A DNA stretch of 64,000 nucleotides from positions 5,721 through 69,720 of the forward strand of contig DATGFP010000117.1 of assembly GCA_035309005.1 (NCBI GenBank), in the 5' to 3' direction. Both the position numbers and the translations under genes were made by a program. Every line of letters starts with the position of its first letter. Position 1 is the stretch's first letter. A model generated the notes under the pieces. That model was not told the DNA's origin. It worked only from the letters and a program-made list of their open reading frames with translations, and made no database searches. Shown piece after piece: positions 28,171-37,134 of this stretch. The stretch comes from Stellaceae bacterium (lineage in GTDB: Bacteria > Pseudomonadota > Alphaproteobacteria > ATCC43930 > CGMCC-115725).

Positions 28171-28489
28171 CGCAGCCGCAGCGGCCCTTCTCGTTCGGAT
28201 TGCGGAAAACGAAGCCGGATTCGAGCTTCTCCTCGACGTAATCCATCTCGGTGCCGAGGAGAAACATGACGGCCTTCGGATCGACCAGGATCGTCACTCC
28301 CTTGTCTTCGACGATCTCGTCGAACTTGCCCTTCTCGTCGGCGTATTCGAGCGTGTAGCTGAGGCCGGAGCAGCCGCGCGCGCGCACCCCGACCCGCACC
28401 CCGATCGAGGGCTTGCCGCGCCGGTCCAAGAGCGCGCGGATGCGCTCCGCTGCGGCGTCGGTCACCAACATGGCCTGCTTTTGTGCCAT
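28151..28489 (-). CDS. iron-sulfur cluster insertion protein, HesB/IscA/SufA/ErpA family
   Basis: GCSGLSY and C-terminal CGCGESF motifs; 112 aa. Confidence 0.85.
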   Translation of the reverse strand: MAQKQAMLVTDAAAERIRALLDRRGKPSIGVRVGVRARGCSGLSYTLEYADEKGKFDEIVEDKGVTILVDPKAVMFLLGTEMDYVEEKLESGFVFRNPNEKGRCGCGESFHV

Positions 28490-28542
28490 CGTTCCCGTAT
28501 CTCCCGCCCCACGATAATGCCGAAATCGACCTCACCGTCACT

Positions 28543-29703
28543 CTATGTAGGCGCCTCGGCGGCGTTCGTCATCCTGCGATTGGCCAGCGTGCGCCGCGCG
28601 AGCCCGGTCCAGGCGTCGAGGAAATGTGCGATGTCAGCCTCGCGCGTTGTCCAGCCGAGGCTGACGCGGATCGCGCCCTGGGCGATGTCGGGCGGCGTCC
28701 GCATCGCCGCCAGCACATGGCTTGGCCCGACCTTGCCCGACGAGCAAGCGGCGCCGGCGCTGACCATGACCCCGTCGAGATCGAGCGCGATGACCTGGGT
28801 TTCCGCCGCGACCCCGGGCAAGGACAGCGCCGCCGTGTTGGGCAGGCGCGGCACGCCGGCGCCAATCGCCACCGCCTCCGGCACCGCCCGCAGCGCCGCC
28901 GCTTCGAGCCCGTCGCGCAAATCCTGGACCCGCCGGTAATCGGTGACGGCCGCCAGCGCAGCTTCGGCTGCTGCGGCGAACCCGGCGATGCCCGGCAGGT
29001 TTTCGCTGCCGGCGCGGCGGCCGCGCTCCTGGCCGCCGCCGCGGATCAGCGGGGCGAGCTCGGCCGCGCCGGTCACCACCAGCGCGCCGATGCCGGGTGG
29101 GCCGCCGAGCTTGTGCGCTGAGAGGCTGAGCAGATCGGCCCCGAGTTCGGCCGCCGCCAGCGGCATCTTGCCGGCCGCCTGTACCGCGTCGCAGTGAAAC
29201 AGCGCGCCGTGCGCCCGCGCGATTTCGGCGATCCGCGCGACCGGCTGGAGGATGCCGGTCTCGTTGTTGGCGAGCATCACCGAAACGAGGGCCGGGCGCG
29301 AATCGCCGGCGAGCAACTGTTCAAGCCGCGCCGCGTCGACAATTCCCTCGGCATCGACCGGGATGCGCTCGGCCGCCGGCACCGCCTGCAACACCGAGCC
29401 GTGCTCGATCGCCGACACCAGGATCCGCTCGCGGCCGCTGCCGAGCAGCGCGAGGTGGTTGGCCTCGGTGCCGCCGCTGGTGAAGACGACGCCGTCAGGC
29501 GACGCGCCGGCCAGCGCCGCCACCGCCCCGCGCGCGACCTCCACCAGCCGTCGCGCCGCGCGGCCCCAGCGATGCACCGACGACGGGTTGCCGCAAAGGG
29601 CGAGCGCCGCGGCGACCGCCGCCGCTGCCTCTGGCCGCAACGGCGCGGTCGCGTTCCAGTCGAGATAGGTCTCGCGCGGATTGGCGCTTGGCGCTTGGCT
29701 CAC
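28543..29703 (-). CDS. cysteine desulfurase (NifS/SufS2-like class V aminotransferase)
   Basis: GNPSSVHRWG, TSGGTEANH, LSLSAHKLGGPPGIG (PLP Lys) and SAGAACSSGK (active-site Cys). The GTG start at 29703 lies 1 nt after the Rrf2 stop. Confidence 0.85.
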   Translation of the reverse strand: MSQAPSANPRETYLDWNATAPLRPEAAAAVAAALALCGNPSSVHRWGRAARRLVEVARGAVAALAGASPDGVVFTSGGTEANHLALLGSGRERILVSAIEHGSVLQAVPAAERIPVDAEGIVDAARLEQLLAGDSRPALVSVMLANNETGILQPVARIAEIARAHGALFHCDAVQAAGKMPLAAAELGADLLSLSAHKLGGPPGIGALVVTGAAELAPLIRGGGQERGRRAGSENLPGIAGFAAAAEAALAAVTDYRRVQDLRDGLEAAALRAVPEAVAIGAGVPRLPNTAALSLPGVAAETQVIALDLDGVMVSAGAACSSGKVGPSHVLAAMRTPPDIAQGAIRVSLGWTTREADIAHFLDAWTGLARRTLANRRMTNAAEAPT

Positions 29704-29704
29704 G

Positions 29705-30172
29705 TTAGCGGACGTTCGCGGCCCGGTATTCCGTGCGCTGGGCCATGCCGCTGGTGCCGAGCACGCGCTTATCGCAAACATCGCCGAGCGATACCGAGCT
29801 CAGATAGAGGTGAATCTGGTTGCTGAGTTCCTCCCACAGATCGTGGGTCGGACAGCGGCTGCGATCGCCGCGGCAGCCGATCGCGGCGCCCGGAACGCAG
29901 CGCACCGCGTGCAGCGGTTCGTCGACCGCGAGGATGATGTCGGAGATCCGCGTCTCGTCGCGCCCGCGCGCGAGGAGGTAACCGCCGCCCGGGCCGCGCA
30001 CGCTGGTGACGAGGCCGTTACGGCGCAGCTTAGCAAATAGCTGTTCGAGGTAAGAGAGCGAGATCTCCTGGCGCTCGGCGATATCGCCTAGCGACACGGG
30101 GGCGCCGCCGCCGTGCTGGGCCAAATCGACCATCGCCATCACCGCGTAGCGGCCCTTGCTGCCGAGTTTCAC
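29705..30172 (-). CDS. Rrf2-family transcriptional regulator (IscR-like)
   Basis: [18 protein letters not shown]...[19 protein letters not shown], plus a Cys cluster C..(..)C....C. The GTG start overlaps the cysE stop (GTGA). Confidence 0.85.
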   Translation of the reverse strand: MKLGSKGRYAVMAMVDLAQHGGGAPVSLGDIAERQEISLSYLEQLFAKLRRNGLVTSVRGPGGGYLLARGRDETRISDIILAVDEPLHAVRCVPGAAIGCRGDRSRCPTHDLWEELSNQIHLYLSSVSLGDVCDKRVLGTSGMAQRTEYRAANVR

Positions 30173-30918
30173 GGCTGCGCTCCCGCGACGCGGCGGCGCA
30201 CCGCTTCGGGTCCCGGCGGCGCGCTCTCGCCGGGCACCGCTAGATCGGGCGTCGCTTCGAGTTCGGCGAGCCGCGCCCGCAGCGCTGCGACCTCGTCGAG
30301 CAGGCCGTTGAGCGCACGGGCGATCGGATCGGGGATCTCGCCGCTGACCCCGTAGGGCTCGAAGCCGGGGGGGCCGGCCTCGGTCCCCGAGCGCCGGCCG
30401 GCCTGACGGGCCGGATTGCCAACCATCGTGGCGCCATCGGGCACCTCGCGCAGTACTACCGAAGCGGCTCCGATGCGGGCGCCGTCGCCAACCCGGAACG
30501 GCCCCAACACCTGCGCCCCCGATCCGACGATGACGTTGTTGCCGATCGTCGGATGGCGCTTCTGCCCGCCCTGCTCGCGCGTCGGGCGGGTGCCGCCCAA
30601 GGTCACGCCGTGATAGAGCGTGCAATCGTCGCCAATTTCGGCGGTCTCACCGATCACCACCCCCATGCCGTGGTCGATAAAGAGCCGCTTGCCGATGCGG
30701 GCGCCCGGATGGATTTCGATCCCGGTCAGCACCCGCCCGACATGCGAGATGAAGCGACCGGTGAGGTGCCAGCCGTACTGCCAAAGCCAGTGCGCCAGCC
30801 GGTAATAGAGCAGCGCCTGAAAGCCGGGATAGCACAGCACCACCTCGAGGCGGGAGCGCGCCGCCGGGTCGCGCGCCAGCGTCGCGTCAATCTCGCTGCG
30901 CAGGTTTTTGAAGAGCAT
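30169..30918 (-). CDS. cysE: serine O-acetyltransferase
   Basis: Hexapeptide-repeat region [47 protein letters not shown] at 30918. Confidence 0.9.
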   Translation of the reverse strand: MLFKNLRSEIDATLARDPAARSRLEVVLCYPGFQALLYYRLAHWLWQYGWHLTGRFISHVGRVLTGIEIHPGARIGKRLFIDHGMGVVIGETAEIGDDCTLYHGVTLGGTRPTREQGGQKRHPTIGNNVIVGSGAQVLGPFRVGDGARIGAASVVLREVPDGATMVGNPARQAGRRSGTEAGPPGFEPYGVSGEIPDPIARALNGLLDEVAALRARLAELEATPDLAVPGESAPPGPEAVRRRVAGAQP

Positions 30919-31099
30919 CGCCGTCACTATGTTATCGTCGCCTGCCACGCCGCGCTCGCGCGGCGGCTTTGCGGACCCCGGCACGAGCATATAATTCCCC
31001 CACTAACCGGATCAAGTATAGGTCGAGCGGTGTTGCGGAACCCGTGCAAAAGGGGTCGTCAAACCAGACCCGGAGAGTCGGATTTGAACCGGATTTGCC

Positions 31100-31783
31100 A
31101 TGCCTGACGTGATCATCAACGGCCCGGAAGGGCGCATCGAGGGCCGCTATCACCATGCCCGTGGCGGCACCGCGCCGATGGCGGTGGTGCTGCATCCGCA
31201 CCCGCTGCATGGCGGGACGATGAACAACAAGGTCGTATACACGCTCTATCAGACGTTTGTCCGCCGCGGGTTTTCGACCCTGCGGTTCAACTTTCGCGGG
31301 GTCGGGCGCAGCCAGGGCAGCTTCGACCGCGGCGAGGGCGAGCTAGCCGATGCCGCCGCGGCGCTCGACTGGCTGCAGGGCTACAACCCCAATGCCGCGA
31401 GCTGCTGGGTCGCGGGCTATTCGTTTGGCGCCTGGATCGGCATGCAGCTGTTGATGCGGCGGCCCGAGATCGAGGCGTTCATCTCGGTGGCGCCGCCGGC
31501 CAACCAGTATGATTTCAGTTTTCTCGCGCCGTGCCCGTCATCGGGATTGATCCTGCAGGGCGACCAGGACTCGCTGGTGCCGCCGGAGGCGGTGCAGAAG
31601 CTCGTCCACAAGCTGTCGCATCAGCGCGACATCAAGATCGATTTTCGCAAGATCCCGGGCTCCGACCACTTCTTCGCCGAGAGCGCCGATACGGTGGCGG
31701 CGCATGTCGACGCCTATATCGCGGCGCATGCCCGTTTCGCCGAGCCGGCGGAGCCTGCAGCCGTCCCGGCACGCGGCCGCTAG
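31100..31783 (+). CDS. alpha/beta hydrolase (small, YqiA/dienelactone-hydrolase-like)
   Basis: HPHPLHGGTMNNKV and nucleophile elbow GYSFGA. Confidence 0.8.
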   Translation: MPDVIINGPEGRIEGRYHHARGGTAPMAVVLHPHPLHGGTMNNKVVYTLYQTFVRRGFSTLRFNFRGVGRSQGSFDRGEGELADAAAALDWLQGYNPNAASCWVAGYSFGAWIGMQLLMRRPEIEAFISVAPPANQYDFSFLAPCPSSGLILQGDQDSLVPPEAVQKLVHKLSHQRDIKIDFRKIPGSDHFFAESADTVAAHVDAYIAAHARFAEPAEPAAVPARGR

Positions 31784-31807
31784 ACTAGGTCTGCCTCGCC
31801 TGCCGGG

Positions 31808-32401
31808 CTAGAGGCGCGGGCGTTCGTTGATCGCGAGAACGCGGATTCCGGCAGTATCGATGCGCACCGTGCTGAGCGAACCCTGCGCGACCTCGATCCG
31901 GCCGTAGAAATCGAGCGGCATGCCGAGCGCGAAGACCAGCATCGCGCGAATAACGTCGCCGTGGCTGACGACGACCACGCTTTCGTCGGGGTGCGCCTCG
32001 CCGATTTCGAGGAGGGCCTCGACCGCGCGGCGCTGCACCTGTCGCATGCTCTCGCCGCCGGGGATTGTCGCGAGGCTGCGGTGGTTGGCCCAGGCCGGCC
32101 AGCGCGGGTCGGCGCGGATCGCCTCGAAGGTCGCGCCGGTCCATTCGCCGAAATCGAGCTCGATCAGATCGTCGTGCAACGCGACCGGCAGGCCGAGCCG
32201 GGCGGCGACGATCTCGGCCGATTCGCGGGTGCGCTGGAGCGGGCTCGAATAGAGCGCCGCGATGTTGCCCTCCGCGAGGCGTTCGGCGACCGCCGCGATC
32301 TCGCTGCGGCCGCGCTCGCTCAGAGCGATCCCCGGCATGCGCCCGACCAGTACGCGGCTTTCCTGCCGCTCGCCATGCCGCAGCAGGTGGAAGAGGGTCA
32401 T
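31808..32401 (-). CDS. histidine phosphatase (phosphoglycerate mutase) family protein
   Basis: N-terminal LLRHGE motif and distal SHG. ATGA overlap with the upstream gene. Confidence 0.85.
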   Translation of the reverse strand: MTLFHLLRHGERQESRVLVGRMPGIALSERGRSEIAAVAERLAEGNIAALYSSPLQRTRESAEIVAARLGLPVALHDDLIELDFGEWTGATFEAIRADPRWPAWANHRSLATIPGGESMRQVQRRAVEALLEIGEAHPDESVVVVSHGDVIRAMLVFALGMPLDFYGRIEVAQGSLSTVRIDTAGIRVLAINERPRL

Positions 32402-33585
32402 GCGGCCTCGGCCAAGGCGTAGACGCTACGCTCGAATTGGCCGTAGAGGCTGACCGCGGCAGGATCGGCGAACGGCAGGATCTGGGTCAGGATCACGCCG
32501 GTGATGCGGCGGACCGGATCGAGCCAGTAATAGCTGTTGAAGAGGCCCGCCCAGCTGACCGTACCGGCGCTGCGGCCGTTGGGGCCGGGATCGAGGTTCA
32601 GCATGTAGCCGAGGCCCCAGCGAATGCGGGCGCCGGGGAAGAAGTCGACGTCATTGGTCAGCAGCGGCGCGCTGCTCTTGAGGACCCCGGCCGGCAGGTC
32701 GCCGATCTGGTTCCGGTTCATCTCGGCGACGGTTTCTGCCTGGAGGATGCGGGCGCCGTCGAGGCTGCCGCCATGCAGCAGCATCTGCAGAAAGCGCAAA
32801 TAGTCGCCGGCGGTCGAATAGAGCCCGCCGCCGCCGGCGAGGAATTCGCGGGGCCCCAGCGCTTCGAGTGGCTGCGGCACGAGGCTGCCATCCGCCTGGC
32901 GCTGATGCACGCTCGCCTGCCTGGCGCGCTGGTCGGACGTCGGCGCGAAGCCGGTGTCGGGTATGCCGAGCGGCGCGAAAATATGGTCGCGCAGATAGGC
33001 GTCGAGCGCCTGCCCGCTCGCCGCTTCGACCAGCCGGCCGATCCAGTCGATGTTGATGCCGTATTCCCAGCGTTCGCCGGGATCGAAATTGAGCGGCCGG
33101 CGCAATGCCGCGAGCTGCCCCGACATCACCATCGGCGTGCCGCTGGCTTCGACATAGCGCAGCGTGTCGGCGTTCCACATCTCGTAGGTGAAGCCGGCGG
33201 TGTGGGTCATCAGATGCCGCAGCGTGACCGGCCGCTTCGCCGGTCGCAGCTGCGGCGTGCCGTCGGGCGCGAAACCGTCGAGCACCTTGGGCGCGGAAAG
33301 CGCCGGATCGATGTCGGGTAGCGTCCCATCGAGCGAGAGCTTGCCTGCTTCGACCAACTGCAGCGCCGCGACGCAGGTGATCGCCTTGGTCATCGAGGCG
33401 ATGCGGAAGACGGTGTCGAGCGTCATCGCCGGCGCTTGGCCGAATGCACGCACGCCGAAGGCGCCTCGGTAGATCAGCCCTTTTTCGCTCGCCGCCATCG
33501 CGACGACCCCGGGCACCTCGCGCCGCTCCACCGTACCCTGCAATGCCGCGTCTATATTCGCTCGCATCTCTGTTTGGCTCGGCAT
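32398..33585 (-). CDS. serine hydrolase, beta-lactamase/esterase (class C-like) family
   Basis: SMTK active-site motif (IASMTKAIT) and Y.N-like region. ATG at 33585, with GTG at 33588 as an alternative. Confidence 0.85.
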   Translation of the reverse strand: MPSQTEMRANIDAALQGTVERREVPGVVAMAASEKGLIYRGAFGVRAFGQAPAMTLDTVFRIASMTKAITCVAALQLVEAGKLSLDGTLPDIDPALSAPKVLDGFAPDGTPQLRPAKRPVTLRHLMTHTAGFTYEMWNADTLRYVEASGTPMVMSGQLAALRRPLNFDPGERWEYGINIDWIGRLVEAASGQALDAYLRDHIFAPLGIPDTGFAPTSDQRARQASVHQRQADGSLVPQPLEALGPREFLAGGGGLYSTAGDYLRFLQMLLHGGSLDGARILQAETVAEMNRNQIGDLPAGVLKSSAPLLTNDVDFFPGARIRWGLGYMLNLDPGPNGRSAGTVSWAGLFNSYYWLDPVRRITGVILTQILPFADPAAVSLYGQFERSVYALAEAA

Positions 33586-33627
33586 CACACCACCCTCAAA
33601 ATTACCATTTCGGTGACGGCCGGGATC

Positions 33628-33652
33628 CAGCGATCTACCATCGAGATCGCTG
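33628..33652. terminator. 9-bp-stem hairpin downstream of the aminotransferase gene
   Basis: CAGCGATCT-ACCATCG-AGATCGCTG. There is no U-run. Confidence 0.3.
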
Positions 33653-33658
33653 AAATAT

Positions 33659-33687
33659 GGGTCCCGGGCTGCGCCGGGATGACGATG
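33659..33687. repeat. REP-like element related to 11657-11745
   Basis: GGGTCCCGGGCTGCGCCGGGATGACGATG contains the TCCCGG/CCGGGA hairpin. It shares the CCGGGATGACGAT tail with the first element. Confidence 0.5.
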
Positions 33688-34938
33688 TTATGATGAGGCG
33701 GGTGAGCGGCGGATGTTGCCGCTCTGCTCGGGGATGCCGGTCTCCTCGTAGCAGACGCGGGCGAAGGCGGCGACCCCCTCGCGGATCTCATCCTTGGTCG
33801 TCAGGCCGAAGCACAGGCGCAGCCGCGACTTCGAGGCTTCGCCGTCGACGGCCCATTCAGGGCCTGGGTTGAACGCGACGCCCGCCTTGAGCGCGGGCTG
33901 CACCAGTTTGCGCACGTCGATCTCGTCGGGCAGCTTCATCCACAGGAAAATCCCGCCCTTCGGTGCCCACGGCTCGACTGCGGTGCCGAACTCGCGCTCG
34001 ACCGCCTCGACCATCGTATCGAGCTTGCCCTTCAACGCGCGGCTCAATTCGTCGACATGCGCCTCGAAATGCTTCGAGAAGTATTCGGCGACGACCATCT
34101 GTTCGAGGGCGCCGGTGCCGCTGTCGGCCGCCGTCTTGATCGCGACCATGCGGCTCATGAATTCCCAATCGGCGATCACGTAGCCGAGGCGCAGCGCCGG
34201 GGCCAGGGTCTTCGAGAACGAGCCGATATGGATGACGTGGCTCGGGTCGAGCGAATAGAGCGCCGGCGGCACGTCCATGCCGCCCCAGGTCAGGTCGGAG
34301 TAGCATTCGTCCTCGAAGATCGGGACGCCGTATTCGCGCGCCAGCGCCAGCAGCTGGTGGCGCCGGGCGAGCGGCATGATGCTGCCGGTCGGGTTCTGGA
34401 TCGTCGCGGTCGTGCAGATGTATTTGGGCGTGGTGCCATGGCGCTTCAAATCGGCGAGGATTTGCCCCAGCGCGTCGATCCGGATGCCATCCTCGTCAAG
34501 CGGCGTGCCGACGATGGTGACGCCGAGCCGGCGCAGCTTCGTCAGATAGCCGCCATAGGTGAATTCCTCGAGGATCACCGTGTCGCCCGGTTCGAGCAGC
34601 ACCTGGTTGACGAGGTCGATCGCGTGGCCGGAGCCCGAGGTGATCAGCACATCTTCCGCGGTGCCCTTGATGCCGCGCCAGCGGCCGAGCTTGTCGGCGA
34701 CAAACTGGCGCAGGCCCAAATAGCCTTGCGGCCCCTGCGCCATGCTGTAAAGAGCCAGTTCGCGGCCGTCGCGGCGCAGCGCGGTGGCGGCCGCTTCGAT
34801 CAATCCCTCGATGGGCACGAGCGTGCGGTCGTTGTGGCCGCCGATGAAATTGTATTTGGCGTTGCCGGCCCAGCGCGGCGCCGGCGGGGGCACCTTCTTG
34901 CCGAAGAGATTGGGGTAGGCGAAACCGGGGTTGCTCAT
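33688..34938 (-). CDS. PLP-dependent aminotransferase, class I/II
   Basis: 416 aa with TSGSGHAIDL, a ..NPTG.. region, and SFSKTLAPALRLGY (PLP Lys). ATG at 34938. Confidence 0.8.
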   Translation of the reverse strand: MSNPGFAYPNLFGKKVPPPAPRWAGNAKYNFIGGHNDRTLVPIEGLIEAAATALRRDGRELALYSMAQGPQGYLGLRQFVADKLGRWRGIKGTAEDVLITSGSGHAIDLVNQVLLEPGDTVILEEFTYGGYLTKLRRLGVTIVGTPLDEDGIRIDALGQILADLKRHGTTPKYICTTATIQNPTGSIMPLARRHQLLALAREYGVPIFEDECYSDLTWGGMDVPPALYSLDPSHVIHIGSFSKTLAPALRLGYVIADWEFMSRMVAIKTAADSGTGALEQMVVAEYFSKHFEAHVDELSRALKGKLDTMVEAVEREFGTAVEPWAPKGGIFLWMKLPDEIDVRKLVQPALKAGVAFNPGPEWAVDGEASKSRLRLCFGLTTKDEIREGVAAFARVCYEETGIPEQSGNIRRSPASS

Positions 34939-34949
34939 GGCAAGGGATC

Positions 34950-35813
34950 CTATTCGGGCAGGTTGGCGAGATAGCGGCCGTAATCGTTCTTGCCGAAGCG
35001 CTGCGCCTCGGCCAGCAACCGGTCGCGGTCGATATAGCCCATATGATAGGCGACTTCCTCGACGCAGGCGATCTTGAGACCCTGGCGCATCTCGACGGTG
35101 CGGACGTATTCGCCGGCCTCGATCAGATCCTCGTGCGTGCCGGTGTCGAACCAGGCATAGCCGCGGCCCAGCCGCGCCACCTGCAATAGGCCGAGGCCGA
35201 GATAGACATTGTTCAGATCGGTGATCTCGAGTTCGCCGCGGGCCGACGGCTTTAGGCCTCGCGCGATCTCGACGACGGCGTTGTCGTAGAAATAGAGGCC
35301 GGTAACCGCCCATTGCGAACGCGGCTCGATCGGCTTTTCCTCAATCGAGATCGCCTTGCCTCCGCCGTCGAACTCGACGACGCCATAGGCCTGCGGGTTG
35401 CGCACCTGATAGGCGAAGACCGTGGCGCCCGGGCGCGGCCGCGCCGCGTCCTGCAGCATCTCCGGCAGGCCGTGGCCGTAGAAAATGTTGTCGCCGAGCA
35501 CGAGGGCGACGGCGCCGTCGCCGATAAAGTCCCGGCCGATGATGAAGGCCTGCGCCAACCCCTCCGGGCGCGGCTGGGTGGCGTAGGACAGCGCGAGGCC
35601 CCAGCGGCTGCCGTCGCCGAGCAGCGCCTCGAAGCGGCCTCGCTCCTCGGGCGTGGTGATGACGAGGATGTCGCGAATGCCGGCCAGCATCAGCGTCGTC
35701 AGCGGGTAATAGATCATCGGCTTGTCGTAGACCGGCAGGAGCTGCTTGCTGACGACCAGCGTCGCCGGGTAGAGCCGGGTGCCCGACCCGCCGGCGAGGA
35801 TGATGCCCTTCAT
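34950..35813 (-). CDS. rfbA: glucose-1-phosphate thymidylyltransferase
   Basis: [18 protein letters not shown]...[17 protein letters not shown]. Confidence 0.92.
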   Translation of the reverse strand: MKGIILAGGSGTRLYPATLVVSKQLLPVYDKPMIYYPLTTLMLAGIRDILVITTPEERGRFEALLGDGSRWGLALSYATQPRPEGLAQAFIIGRDFIGDGAVALVLGDNIFYGHGLPEMLQDAARPRPGATVFAYQVRNPQAYGVVEFDGGGKAISIEEKPIEPRSQWAVTGLYFYDNAVVEIARGLKPSARGELEITDLNNVYLGLGLLQVARLGRGYAWFDTGTHEDLIEAGEYVRTVEMRQGLKIACVEEVAYHMGYIDRDRLLAEAQRFGKNDYGRYLANLPE

Positions 35814-36913
35814 CGGTCTCCCTCGACGTCATTCCCCGACAAGTGGGGGTGAGGGTCGGGATGGCCGACGCCGAGGCGGGTGCCGCGGTAGCGCTGCGAC
35901 CAGATCGCCTGCCACCACCAGCGATTGTCGAGATACCAGGCGACGGTCTGGCGCAGGCCCGTCGCGAAGTTTTCACGCGGTTGCCAGCCGAGTTCGCCCC
36001 GGATTTTCGTCGCATCCATCGCGTAGCGCCAGTCATGGCCGGGCCGATCGGCGACGAAGGAGATCAGCCGCGCGTGCGGGCGGTGCGGCGACTTTGGTTG
36101 CAGTTGGTCGAGCAGGTCGCAGATCAGGGTCACAACGTCGAGATTGCTACGCTCGGCGTCGCCGCCGATATTGTAGCTCTCGCCCGGGCGGCCGCGGCAC
36201 AGCACGGCATGGAGCGCGCGGACGTGGTCGTCGACGTAGAGCCAGTCGCGCACGTTGTCGCCCTTCCCGTAAATCGGGATCTCCTCGCCGTGCAGCGCCT
36301 TCAGGATCGTCAGCGGAATTAACTTTTCCGGAAAATGGTAGGGGCCGTAATTGTTCGAGCAGTTGCTCAGCACCGTCGGCAGGCCGAAGGTTTCATGCCA
36401 CGCCCGCACCAGGTGGTCGGACGCCGCCTTCGAGGCGGCATAGGGCGAATTGGGCTGGTAGCGGCTCCGTTCGGTGAACTTGCCGTCGGGCCCGAGCGAG
36501 CCGAACACCTCGTCGGTCGAGACATGGTGAAAGCGGAACCGTGCCGCCCGCTCGGCCGGCAAGCCGCGCCAGTATTCGAGCGTAGCTTCGAGCAGCGCAT
36601 AGGTGCCCTCGATATTCGTCCGGATGAAGGCTCCCGGGCCATCGATCGAGCGGTCGACATGCGACTCGGCGGCGAGGTGCAGCACCGCATCGGGGGCGAA
36701 GGCGCGCAGCAGGTCGGCGACCGCCGCCCGGTCGCAGATGTCGGCGCGGTGAAAGCAGTAGCTCGGGTCGCTGTCGATCGTCTTGAGCGAGGCGAGATTG
36801 GCCGCGTAGGTCAGCTTGTCGAGGTTGAGCACCGAGAGGCCCAGTTCGCCGACAAAGAGGCGGCACACCGCCGAGCCGATGAACCCGGCGCCGCCGGTAA
36901 CCAAAACCTTCAT
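35810..36913 (-). CDS. rfbB: dTDP-glucose 4,6-dehydratase
   Basis: [18 protein letters not shown] and [13 protein letters not shown] at 36913. ATGA overlap with rfbA. Confidence 0.92.
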   Translation of the reverse strand: MKVLVTGGAGFIGSAVCRLFVGELGLSVLNLDKLTYAANLASLKTIDSDPSYCFHRADICDRAAVADLLRAFAPDAVLHLAAESHVDRSIDGPGAFIRTNIEGTYALLEATLEYWRGLPAERAARFRFHHVSTDEVFGSLGPDGKFTERSRYQPNSPYAASKAASDHLVRAWHETFGLPTVLSNCSNNYGPYHFPEKLIPLTILKALHGEEIPIYGKGDNVRDWLYVDDHVRALHAVLCRGRPGESYNIGGDAERSNLDVVTLICDLLDQLQPKSPHRPHARLISFVADRPGHDWRYAMDATKIRGELGWQPRENFATGLRQTVAWYLDNRWWWQAIWSQRYRGTRLGVGHPDPHPHLSGNDVEGDR

Positions 36914-37134
36914 CGCGCCACCCGCTTCTCTTCCAAGAGCAGCCGAAATCACCCGGGTTTGAGCCTCGATTGAGCATTGCGCGGCGCCACCCGCCGCGCA
37001 AGCGACAACAGCGCCGCGGGAGCGCCCGTCACGGGGGATTGCGTCGAGCTCCGAATCGCAGGTTTATGGGTGGCCGCCCCGCGTCCCGCGCCGCCGCATC
37101 GCCGAGCCCGATCGCCAGCCCCTAGCAGCCGCAC

